Assembly (NCBI GenBank): GCA_036172245.1
Contig: JAYWIR010000020.1
Span: forward strand, 124,001-188,000
DNA from: Raillietiella orientalis
Lineage: Eukaryota
Direction: 5' to 3'
DNA: 64,000 nucleotides
A program made the position numbers and the translations under genes. How positions within the stretch are numbered: the first letter of the stretch is position 1; each line of letters starts with the position of its first letter. Below the pieces are notes generated by a model that was not told where the DNA came from, did no database searches, and saw only the letters and a list, made by a program, of their open reading frames with translations. Of the stretch, positions 52,500 through 64,000 are shown piece by piece.

Positions 52500-54080
52500 T
52501 TGGGTGGTATTCCCGAAAATCATGGAATTCTTGTTTCCATCGGAGCACAGAATTTTAAGAATGATGCTAACCTAAACGATCCAGTTTTTGGACGGAAACG
52601 TCCAAACTCGAGTTACACGAAGGCTTCTTCGTCTTCTCATTTTTATACACGACTGTTGGTTACCTTTCGAAAATTCACATACCTCACCCCCCCCCTCAGA
52701 TCACGTTGAGCATTCAAGCTTGGATTTTTTTCTTTTTCTTTTCCCCCTGCTGTGCAAAATGCAGTAAGTTCGGAAAGAGAGACGCTTGATGCTTCTTAAT
52801 GCTTTCTTAAGGTTCCTATGCATAGTCTCACATACGTGTCACCATTCCACCATTGCATACATTGAAGGTAGAAGCGTGAAGTCCTAAGTGATAAAGTCTG
52901 TCGATGAGGATTTTTCACAGACTTCAAGAAAAAATTCCTGAACAGTAGCTATGTGCACTGATAAATTTGCATAGGCTCCACATAACAGAGTAATCTGAAT
53001 TTCTTTTGTCATTAATGACGCTTTTTTTCTCTACAGTTGCCTCTGTAATATTAGTCGTAGCGACTTATGAGCCAGTAAGTCATCTATCTGTAACAAAAGA
53101 TGCAAGAGAGTAAGATTATTCTTGTTCAAATGAAATTGCATCTTTTTAAAATGTTTTCTAGCACTCTAGATCATAAATGGTCTTGAAAGATTTTCGGTGT
53201 ACTTTACACTTTATCGATTATTCCATCAGACCACAGGGATCATTCCTTCAAGGTTTCGGATTTCAAGCTCGTTGGATCCATTATCTCCAGAGTCTCAAGT
53301 TCATTTCTTTGGATTTGGAAGACAACACTTGCTCATCATATTAACATCATCTTCAAACAAGTATTTCTTCCTGGAGTCAGTAGGGTGCGTGTGCTTAAAC
53401 CCATATGTGGCAAGCTACTGAACTGAATCCTCGTGATGAAATTCTAAAGGAGATTGTGTTCATCCACAGAATGCGTACACTTCGACAAACTAGATATGCT
53501 GCTGTGTCTTTTCTAAATCGTTCTGGGAATAGAAAATTCCCTTCTGCACCATGTTATTCTGATCCGCACTTGAAATTATTTCTTGGGGATTTGCACGAGA
53601 GCTTTCTATGTGATCTGTTAGAACCTTTCGAATATTCACGCCTTTGGTTATTGAGAGCAAAAATTACATTTCCAAAGGCAGAAAGCCATATATGCAGGAT
53701 TTGCAAGCAGTAGTGCTGGTATTCCTAGATGTATTCTTTGCAATAAAGTCTCGATGCATTTTTTTTGAAATAAACAAACAAACAGCATCTTTACTCTCGT
53801 ATTACCAATCGCGCCCTGAAAAAATTGCAAATACTCCCATGATGATCTATAAAACACGAAAAGAAAACCACTTATTGGTGTAAGCCTCTGTATATGGAAA
53901 TTTGAAATTCCTCTGTATTGACGTTCGAAATATTCTGAAATCTTCATCCATCGTCCTCTAAATTTCCATAGCAGAGCCTTCTTTAAGATAGATGGTATTT
54001 TTTTCTTTACTCCAGTGTCTCTTGTCTTTTTCGTCCAAACAACTGCAGCATCCCTGTAAGTATTAGTAGCTTCTCTCTCA
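52500..54080 (+). mobile_element. Old decayed LINE ORF2 (end of EN to RT thumb)
   Basis: Ordered remnants: RPNSSYT...FYTRL, LYRLFHQTTGIIPSRF, GDLHESFLCDLL, KYSHDDL (resembles YADDL, about 53830-53850), RPLNFHS, KY* (resembles KYLG). Confidence 0.33.
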
Positions 54081-55989
54081 GAAGGAGATTCTTTTTCTGA
54101 GCAAGTTTGTTAGTGAGGTATTCTTCTGTGTCGGCTTCATTCATTCAGAAGAATTGTGAGGACCTAAATAACGAATGTCTTTATGAATAGAGGAATCATT
54201 TCATTACTTTACTTTTTATTGAACGAGGCGCTAAAGGACAAGTGTGCACGATACCGATTCCTTGAACAAAACAAAATACTGACTCAGAAGACTTAGAGAT
54301 AGGTTAGCTGGAATCCAGACAGTTTTCTCTCCCACATCTTAGTGCTTATTCAGTAGCACACCACAGCACGAAAAGGATCCATCTTGGTCATATGTTCTAA
54401 TAACTTTAATTGTAGAAAGTGAAATTACATTCGGGTACACATGTAAAATTCACAGGTAAAAAGATATGCTTGAAATGAAGGCAGTGGAATTCAAAAATTA
54501 TTTGCAGAAGAGTTTATTGTGTAAGTATTGCTTTTTAAACTGCTCCTTCGCTCCCAAATTTTATGGATTTTTGCTCATATGGATTCCAGGAGATATTGCG
54601 CTCCCGTCCTAATCGGAAACATTGATGTATTCTATGTTTTATTGAAGCAGAAGTATGCTCCTATTTCCTTCTGTTATTCTAAAAGCCCCAATAGCAAAAA
54701 CAGAAATGTTGCATGCATTTCTGTTCGTCTATCTGTGAAGGAGAGGAATTTTCAAATGCACCGCTCCTATGCTCGTAGACAGCTTTTCATTATGCAAAAT
54801 ATGTCCCTTTATACAAAAGATTACTAATCTAGGTGTGATGCTTTGATGTGTATTTAATGTATTCAATGCATGGATGCAGTTTTGAATACATATATATGTA
54901 AACATGCAAGTGCATATAAATATTACAGGATCACATCATATATATGTATATGATGCAAGCCGTAATGCATGAGTGCTATGTTCGTTTGTTTTGTACATGC
55001 TGTTTATATCACAGCAAAGGTTTATTCGCAAAATAGACTGTGTACTGTCGTCATTTATCATGAGCATTTCTCCTCATCGTGATGGTTATTGATCTCGACG
55101 GTGACGAGTTTTGCTTCTTCAGTGCCTTCTCTGTGCAGCTTCCCCTTCCTCTATCCCTTATTTTCCCCAAAAGTTCTGCAAATTTTCGGATCCTTCGAGA
55201 GCGCACGCCTGAACTCATTTGATGTTCGGCAAAAAATTCTTTTCCTAGTAGTTCAGGATTAGAAACGAGGAAGATGACTTCAGAGAAGAGCAACCATTCA
55301 TTTCAATTCAAATAAGTTGGAGCTTCCAATTTCAATTTCCCAAACTACGCCGAGGAAAGTGTCAGTTAGCTATCTCCTCCCTCCTCGTACCCGTTCCCGA
55401 ACGGTATGAGAAGCGTTGGAATCGATGGAGATCTAGGATCATCAACCGATTCAAAACAGAAAGAGTAAGGCCGACGGTTTCATTCCGTTCGAAATGCATA
55501 TTCACCTTTTTCAGAAAGACCCTCAGGCGAGGCTTCCGCACGGATCCCTATGACGAGTACCGCTTTCTCCTATTGGGGTGGTGATACACGTTTCGCTCCC
55601 GAAACCGTGATGCTGCGTGTCACGGTGGCGCTAGCAACACTCACGCACTAGTTCCGCATCATCACCTGGCATCGAAGGATCCGAAACCAAGAAACAGAAA
55701 ACACTCTTTGATATACATTTTTATTTGAGAAATAACATGTAATTTAAAGGAGTGTTTTTTAAGTGTTGTAGTTTTATGTTGTACAAGTTGTACATTTTTA
55801 AAATGTATAATTACTGGAGGCTTCTCCTTGACGTTTAACAGTAGAAAAAAAAAAAAAAAATTCGCTTGTAAGCACAAGAACAATCTGAGCAAGTAACTTA
55901 TACAGTTCAATGGAAATCTCTTCGGAGAATGCTTGTTAAGCGAAGAACTGGAAAGGGAAGCGTACGTTCGAATGAACAAATCCTTACTT

Positions 55990-56996
55990 TTATACGAATT
56001 CCGGGTAAGACGCCGGGTTTCGACAGCACTGCGACGAGCACAAGATTTTCATACTGTGTCGGAAAGAGGGACTCATGGCCATATAAATTATCGCTTTCCA
56101 AAAAGAACTCAGCATCCCAATCCAAAAAAGGACGAAATCAAGATATGGTGTCGAGACGGGATGCTTGAAGTATACTTGATACAATGCTGAAATGATCCAC
56201 GGTGTCCAAGAGATCCAGAAAACCAGAGTCAATATGAATGCCATTGTATGGTGAGGGTTGGCCATGTTCTCTGCCAGGGCAGATGACGGTACTTTGAGGC
56301 ATGGCTTTAGTCTTCGAACGGTTCGAAAGATGTATGCATATGAATAAGTGATAGTTGTGAGTGATGGAGCAATAAGAAGGATGGCTAGTGTTATCGAGTA
56401 AGGTACACTGCCACTCCAATCCAGCATACAAGCACATGAATGAGAGTCGAATCGAGGTCGGGCCATATGGAGCACAGGAGGAAGACAGAGACACGAAGAA
56501 GCTAGCCAAGAGAAAAACGCCCAGCATTGGCAGCGAGTCTTCGTTTGTAATATTTCATATCGAAGGGGTCGGCGTACTGCAACATAACGGTCCACAGCCA
56601 TCCACATTAAAGTATATACATTGACACTCCATAAGGACACGATGAGATATCCTGCCATGCGACATAGTCCATCTCCAAAAGGCCAATATCTAGCCATAGC
56701 TGGATACACAGATAAGGGACTCACCAGGAAACCACACAACAAATCCGCAATTGCAAGGGAAAGTAGATAATGACAAATCAGATCCTTAGGACCTAAGAAA
56801 TTGCATTTATGATACAGTCACAGACACTATTCTCACCTTGCATAGTAACCAAAGCGATTATAACCACTGTATTGGAAATGACAATAGCTAAGGTCACTGC
56901 CAGTATAATGGCCGCTTGTATAAGGGCATCCAAAGTCACCGGCAACTCAATGCCTTCGTTTGAGATGACCAAGATTCCATTTCGAGAAAAGAACAT
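55990..56996 (-). CDS. Rhodopsin-family orphan GPCR, GPR21/GPR52-like (arthropod type), 2 exons, about 320 aa
   Basis: Exons 56996-56837 and 56792-55990, separated by a 44-nt GT-AG phase-1 intron. Seven hydrophobic segments: TM1 ISN, TM2 SLAIADL, ECL1 WPFGDGLC, TM3 AVDRY, RPLRYEILQTKTRCQCW, TM6 FWISWTP, TM7 SFWKAIIY. The start codon is a best guess and an upstream exon is possible. Confidence 0.92.
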
Positions 56997-59089
56997 GATG
57001 TGACAGTCGGTGCATTTATGCAAACATTTTATGCAACCCTGATTTCTGCCACAAGACAATATCATTGAAAAACAATTATTTCCTTGCAATTAGACAAGCG
57101 TTCTCCAGTCCGTGAAAATCTTGTGTACAGTTCATTTTTAGCGACTGAATGTACATGTAGAGAGAATATTGTCAACCGCTGCTGCCAGTAGTTTCAGCAC
57201 ATGCTAGGCAATGTGTTCTAGGACGCTTCAAGGCTTCACAAGAGTAGTCTCAGTTCTGGATATGAAAAACAAGAAAAACTGTGCATGATTATGGTAATAA
57301 GCAAAGATTTTCGTACTGTGACTGACCCCCCTCATGTACAGAGGCGGACCATTCCGGAAAAGCAGTCCGCATCTTTGTGGAAGCATTACAGGTTTCAAAA
57401 TGGAATATGGAATGAACAGAATGAGTAGGATCTCTTTGTGTTTATAGTGTCAGGCACAAGGATGCACATTGAAACGAAGCTGTGCATCGAGGTTAGGATA
57501 TTTTCATCCGTTATTAAGATTTGGTGCTCCCGACGACAGAGCCTCGGAGAATGGAAATTCAATGAACCGATAAGGAGTATTCGGAAGAATCAGAATTTTC
57601 CTGGTGAGATTACAGATTCTAGAATCTTCTGTGGTACACGAGGAGATTCGCCTCGGAGGATCTCCAGTTACTTCTAAACAAACTTAAAGTGAATCGAAGG
57701 AGCGCCTATATCATATTCCCAATTAAAAATCGATGCAGATGTAAAATGGAGGTTTTCCGTGAGCATTCCTTCTCAAAACAGCAAATGAGGCGAGCACATG
57801 ATGATTATGATTATGATGACTTCCGGCGATCAAATTCAAAAGCACACAGGTCACTGGCAAAAAATTCGTTTTCGAAGTGTGTGCTTTTTAACTTCTCATT
57901 TCCGCATTGCATTATCCCTCAAAAGGGAGTTTCTATAACGTGACGGCTTGCTCCAACTAATTCCTATCTGACGATACCCACGTTTAAGAAAAAGATCCTT
58001 CGAATTCCACGGGGGACCAGAATGAACCAATCAAGGTGCAGTTTGCTTCTCGCATTAAAATCTTTGCATCAGCACGAGTTCCTCACACCGAAGATGAAAA
58101 CAGAAGCAAAAGATAATGCATGAAGAATTCCCTCCGCTTAGAAGCTTTCCCATGCAAAGTCACTGACTGCTGTCATATTTCCAGGTTACTGACAGCCGAC
58201 TGCAAGTTGAAGCGCAACTGCAAAATGGGTGGCTGTTGAAGTTTCCTTCTCGAATGCTGTATGTACATACAAGGATACTCACGTATTTCATTACAGTTTG
58301 TTGATTAAATCGTTTCCGCTCCAGAGGATCATGTTTAGGAACAACTGTTAAAATGATAATGGTATTCTGAATTATGCTTATAAAGTTGATTGAATCACAT
58401 GCCATCCGGTACTTTATGATGAGCTCTTGGTGATGGAAACACACCACGCCGCTTCCCAAAAGTTAAAAGATTTTAGAGAATGGAACTCCTAGCTAGCGAA
58501 ACCGATTGGACATCAGTAAGATGTGTGTTTAATGGAGTAATTGCTTCTCCATGAGGGCAAATGAAATCGAGAGATCCGAACATAAAATAAGCAAGGAATA
58601 TGATACAGCGTCACTCATCATCTCTTGAAAGCTGCTCTTTCCCGTGTTGCTATTCGTAATCAGCTTTATTGATCTATTTAGCAGATGGAAAACTGTCCAT
58701 ACAATCCATATTTGCTGTGATCGAAACTTCTAGATCAGCCAATCAAGTGAGGATTCATCCGGCAGGCAGATTCTAGTCAGGCGATGACGCATAGGCGGTG
58801 TATATTTGTCCATAAACACTTGACCGTTCGAAGGCAGCAAAATCGTTCATGCAACTGCAAATTCAGAATTTTTTAAATTCCAGACTTTTGTGTTTTCCCG
58901 AAGATGCCATAGCGGGCAACAAGAAGCTCTTGAAATGTACCGAAAACAAACCCGGCAATTTTCACCGGGTGCCTCAAAGCTTTCCAGCACTCGCTACATT
59001 CACGTGCACGACCGCTACAGTGCCCAGGGCACTGTTTTTCTCGCGTCGGGATACCTCACACTACCCCAACATTATCATCATGCTGCTGT

Positions 59090-59330
59090 TTTAATCGGTG
59101 TTATTACCAATTACGGCCTGAATGGTTTCAGGGGAAGGGGGAGGGGAGATAGGAGAACTGCACCTTCTTGTATTCTTTTCCCAGAGAATTCTTCGACAAT
59201 TCTGTGCTGTGATAAACACCCTTCATGGTCCAACTCTTTTCATCTTCAAGCTGACCCAGTGGAGATGGCAGCAAACCATTATGCGACTGCCATTCCACTA
59301 CGCAACCGCTCTCGCTTTTGTAGGAAATTT
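59090..59330 (+). mobile_element. Possible decayed APE-endonuclease N-terminus
   Basis: VITNYGLNGFRG...CILFPEN...ATAIPLRNR weakly resembles NVNGL...DILFLQET...GVAILF. Confidence 0.2.
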
Positions 59331-62300
59331 CGTACCCACGTGAATGCGGGAACCCGGAAGTCTCGAAAAGTATGGAAGGCAACGGATAGGAGAAATGTAA
59401 AAATCCTAGTTCCTGAAGGAGTGCAAACCTTGCTGGGAGAGTAAATTGAAACGCCCAACGCTAGGAACTGATGGTGCGCAAGAAGCAGTGGCTTCTGTTT
59501 CAGCATTCCGACCTCATGTCAGGTATGTTCTCTACGAAGGGAGTCACTCCTATCTCAGGTAATCAACGGCAAACCGCAAGCGCCCCATCGGAAGAATCGG
59601 TGCAGGGACTACAAGACAGAGCCACTTTCTCTTCTACCGATCGGCGTGCTTTCCGGAACCCCACACGGTCTGTATCACACGGCGTGTTCCAGGTGTTAGA
59701 ACAGCCACTTTAGGGTGACCAAGGAAGACAAGACGATCGCTTCATTATTCTCATGGGTCTCCCTCTCATCCACCGTCCATCCAATGACCCTCCATCTATC
59801 ACTTTCTCGGATCTTTCGGTGTCATGTTTATGACATCGTGATGTGTGTATGTGTGTTTTTTGCACGCATTTTGTAGCTACACTCTTTTCGTGTTCAACCG
59901 TTCATGGGAATCCTTAATATTACGACATGTTGGGTCACGAATCGTGTCTGCTCTGCCCTCGTGTCAACACGATATGGAAGTGAGGTGGGTTCCGAGTTCA
60001 AACAGATAAAAGCCTGTGCTGCTCCCGGTCACCTGAGCTCACGGTACATGCCTTATCGAGTCCCGGCTTCACTAGCGAAGGATCAGGGAGACGACTTGCT
60101 CATGGGGAGTCCCAAAGCCGTGAGAACCGGAAGCTCGTGGAACACACCGGAATCATTTCAAAACGGGTTCTGTACGGAGGGGAGGAAACCTGTCAGCTGC
60201 CCCACGCTGGAAGAGAGGGACTCCACGTCGAAGCTCATTTCCCACCCACGCGCCTGTTGCCCGATCTCAAGGGATGCGCCGGTTCCCTATGTGGCGAGGA
60301 GGCATGCCGACGGGGTTTCCTCCTTCCCGAAAAGCGAAACTGACCTGCTAAGGGGATCTTTAATCTTGCGCGCATCTCGGATTCCTGGAGTGAGAAGGTA
60401 GGGAAGGGATTAGACCGGAGGAAGGAACGGCTCGCGTTTCCGTTCCTGGAAACTCCACATAATCTGATGGTATCGATTAGGGATTGGAAAATGCAGATGA
60501 TTCCGCATTTGGTCTTCCGGAGGAGCTCTCAACGAGTTCGAAGACCGCGAGGCCGTTTCTTCGTTTCTTTCATGAATAAAACGTGGGGACAGGGATTGAG
60601 GGTGGTGCAACGCGAAATGTAACTCGCAGAAGACTAAGTTTGAGGAGGGGCTCGTGGCTTCTTCATGGCATCAATTAAGTGCCTTTGCCTCTGCCTGATG
60701 TGAACTCATCCTACGATTCGATTCTTATTTGTATTATAATAATGTAGCCCACACTAATGGCCGGCTCCAGCGCATGACGATTTTTGTTCCGATCTCTGTA
60801 ATTAGAGTGATCTCGGGGGAGGGAAGGGGGGGGGAAGAGACTGCGCTGCTTCTCTTGGTGCTATGGCTGCGTTCCGCAAAGAGTGAACGCAAGCATTCTT
60901 TTGATTGACGAACAATTGCTCTGACATGCATATTGATGAGAACATGCGTTTCCCCCCTCGTTCCTCCACGTTGCAGTTCAGGACCACATCCGCTAGTTTC
61001 TTTCGTAATCTCCCAAGGTCTCGCTACAGTTCAGGGAATTTCTTCTCCCTCTTTTTTTTTTTGTGCGTGTTTAGCCATCACGACCAAAGCTCCCAGATTT
61101 AGACTTATTATTCCTGAGAAAGACCGGACGGGAGATTGATTTCTGTTGTCTTGGAACGCACGATATTGTCTGTTTCCATTGGGTAACCTGAATATGAAAC
61201 CTGATGGGATGCAGATAACTGGATGAATAGCCCACTATCATGCTACCCTTGCACGTTTTGTGATTAATCGGACGATACGTTACTCTGAGCAGCTTCCATG
61301 CTATCGAGACTCCTGTCAGAGGCACCCCAGATCGAAACCTGGAGTTGTAGGAGTGGTGGCCACAAATGCTCTTCTCTTCCGATTTCGGAACTAGTCAATG
61401 TTCCTTTTTTTTAAGAAAAAAAAAGAGAGCAAAAAGCAAAAAACAGACTCCACGGATTCCTTCACTTTTCGTTTCCGCTTTGCTCCGCTTCTGTCGGAGG
61501 CTGCAAGACTCGAAACCGCGGGGAACCGCTCCACGTGTTTGTCCGCTCCGCAGATGCAATCCTCTTGCAGTGGAGGAAGTACTTCGAAATCTCTGGAAGG
61601 TACAGTCTCTCCTCTTGCCCCGCCAGAGCCCGCTGGCGTGGGGGGAAACGGAACTGCTGCCTTTGTTCACCATCCCGCGGAAACGGGGAATCTCCGCCCA
61701 GCATTATCTGCCCATGCAGCCACTTGAGTTTGTTTACTTGGAAGAGGAATCTCTTTTTTCTCAGCTCTGCCTTCTCGGAAACAGCTGAGCAAGGAGAAAC
61801 GCGAAAATCCATTCCCAGTCATTTGCATTCCGAGCCCTCGACTGGGATGTTTGCGATCTCTTTTTCCTCAGACTAACGAATGCTGGGACACACGAGCTCG
61901 CAAGAGGCGTGCAAGGTCCGGCTGGAAATTCAGGCATACGGGAAAAGATAAAAAAAATACTAATTGGAGGAAGGAGTCGAGACCGCTGTGGAGTTCTAGG
62001 CAACGGGTACAAACCGCTCGGCCCTGGCTTTTGGAGGCTGTCTTCATCGCTTGCATTCTCTTTGTCTTCCGAGAGAAAGTACCGGAAGCTCCGACACTGG
62101 TTTTCCAAAGCCTTCAATATCTTTTGAACAGTTCGGAGGCTTCAGTTGGGGGAAAAAATGCCAGGAGCTTTCTGCTGCTGAAAATCGCAAGATCCCTCTC
62201 ACAATGAATTGAATTCTGGACTTTACAAGTGCAGCGGGAATCCTCTTTTGATTCGTGTGATGCGCTCAAGCTTATTAAAATGAAAAAAAACAAAAAACAA

Positions 62301-62849
62301 AGCAAAAGAATAAAAAAGAAAGGATGAAAAAAAATCTTCGATGAAGAGAATCTGTGGGAGAGACCTCCACACGCATAGCACATCTACAAAAATTTCATGA
62401 AAAAACTTCTCTAATGGAACGCTCTCCTAAATTTTTCGAATCTGCACGGCAACACCCCCGAGTCTTCTGCAAAGACCTCGCTTGCTGATAAGGGTGTTTC
62501 TCCTGGCCTCCTGTTCATTCATCACATCGCCTCTCCTCAGTTTTTATTATAGTTTTTTTTTTATTATTATTATTCTACCGGGACGCGAAGACTGGCAAAG
62601 TCGCGTCTCCAGCTGTTAATGCCGACACGCACACTTGGATCGTGGGTTTGCATGCTTGTGTCAAGGGGGAAACAAATCGATAGGTTTTTCGATCAAATGA
62701 ACCCATTCCATTTCCTTGCCTCATCGCTTCACGTCGTGTTCACGTCTCCTAGACGAACAACAGGATTGCCAGCAACAACGTCGTAAGTAGGACGATGTTA
62801 CTTTGATTCCCCTCATCAGGAGAGAGACCCCTGCATGCAGTCCTCGTAC

Positions 62850-63300
62850 GGAAAATTTTATCTTGCTTGCAGGGTGCCATTGAGTGACCGAGGCGTTCAG
62901 ACTGTTCTTGCTATTTCGCTTGAAAAATGGGTTCTCTTCGTCTTTTGTTTCACCTAGCAAAATCACTTTCTTCTCCATGGAAGCGAGCGGCAAAACCACA
63001 GGCGAAGATGAGCAGGTAAAACGGTTTGAAGAGTGAAACGTCCTCTCTCCCCCTGGAACGCGCCTAGATATGGGTGCACATGAATCAGCTTTAGCAGGTA
63101 ACAAGAATGGAGTTCAGGCATCAGTCTCTTCTTAACACTTCCAGAAGGCACCTGTGTACGCTTTTCGATTTTGAAACTCAGGAACACTTCCACGTGAGGC
63201 ATGAGCTGAAGATGTCTCCACCACGAATTTTACTTTGGAAACTGAATCAGTGCTGCCAGACACTCAAGTTTCACCAACACGGTTCTGCATGACAACCTAC
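62850..63300 (+). mobile_element. Decayed L1/Tx1 endonuclease C-terminal remnant
   Basis: FILLAGCH, then SPPRILLWKLNQ; the WKLN motif follows the EN domain in L1/Tx1 ORF2. Confidence 0.3.
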
Positions 63301-64000
63301 TTAGGCTGTTTGGAATAAATTCGTTCCCCAACTCAGCAAAGTATCATTCTGGAGGAAACGTTTGCGAGGACCGATTCTTAAGCGGTGGTGCACAAGCATC
63401 AACCAGTGCTTCATGCCTTTGGAAAGTAAAGCAAACTGTCATAACAGTCTAAAGCAATTACCGCCTCCAATTATCAAAGTGTTTTCTGTTAGCATTTTCT
63501 GTTTCCATTCTCTTCCACATAGGTATTACCACTTCCAGATATTTCTTTCTGCATCCTTTTCAAAGAAGTGCCTTCCAAAGTGTTCCACATGAAAATTAGT
63601 TGAAACAAACCTTCATTACAATTAAGGATAAGATTTTAAGCTACAGACTTGAACAGTTCATCAGATTCCAGATATGGAAATTGCTTGGAATCTGCTTCAG
63701 ACACAGAAATAGCATGCCAACGTGCATTAGCCGGTTGAAAGATGAGTGCCGTAGGCATATTTTCAAAAATAAACATAAACATTAAAATACTTTTAAGCGG
63801 AAAACAAAAAAAAAAATTGACATGGAAGAAAAATTCCTTTAGACTGGTAGGAAAGGATACTCTTGATGTTAGCATGAACTCTGAATACAGAGTGGGAAAG
63901 GATTGAGGAATCTTATCTTCGGGTTAGGAGCCCGAATTGCTTTCGAAATGTGACGTTTGGTAGACTCGGGAGTCGCTGATTGACGAGTCACTTTCCGCGA

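Overview
This is eukaryotic (animal, most likely arthropod) nuclear DNA with GT-AG introns. I found no rRNA, credible tRNA or CRISPR array. Five protein genes are supported. (1) The 3' end of an RYamide/luqin-type neuropeptide GPCR (+): an exon ends at 23, a 13,237-nt intron follows, and the last exon is 13261-13464. (2) A single-PDZ NHERF/Sip1-like ORF with a 1-nt frameshift (+, 33992-34415). (3) A complete 6-exon ALDH7A1/antiquitin (-, 37924-35825). (4) A 5-exon GPATCH3 (-, 49663-46099). (5) A 2-exon GPR21/52-like orphan GPCR (-, 56996-55990). Most of the rest looks like decayed L1/Tx1-type non-LTR retrotransposons of very different ages. The clearest is a young 5'-truncated copy (41662-43269) with an unbroken ORF2 C-terminus, a perfect 15-bp target-site duplication, a 3' stem-loop and no poly(A) tail. 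An older frameshifted relative lies at about 27030-29130. Other notable points: eight very short introns (40-49 nt, one possibly 51 nt), a CpG-free stretch over 1 kb inside GPATCH3 against CpG-rich transposon DNA, several near-perfect hairpins, and a palindromic two-strand poly(A) signal between convergent genes. Most long ORFs in the GC-rich first 29 kb appear to be composition artefacts. I cannot establish a new multi-gene system from this sequence; the tail-less LINE family and the tiny introns are the best leads. The decayed-transposon calls rest on motif recognition by eye and are low confidence.
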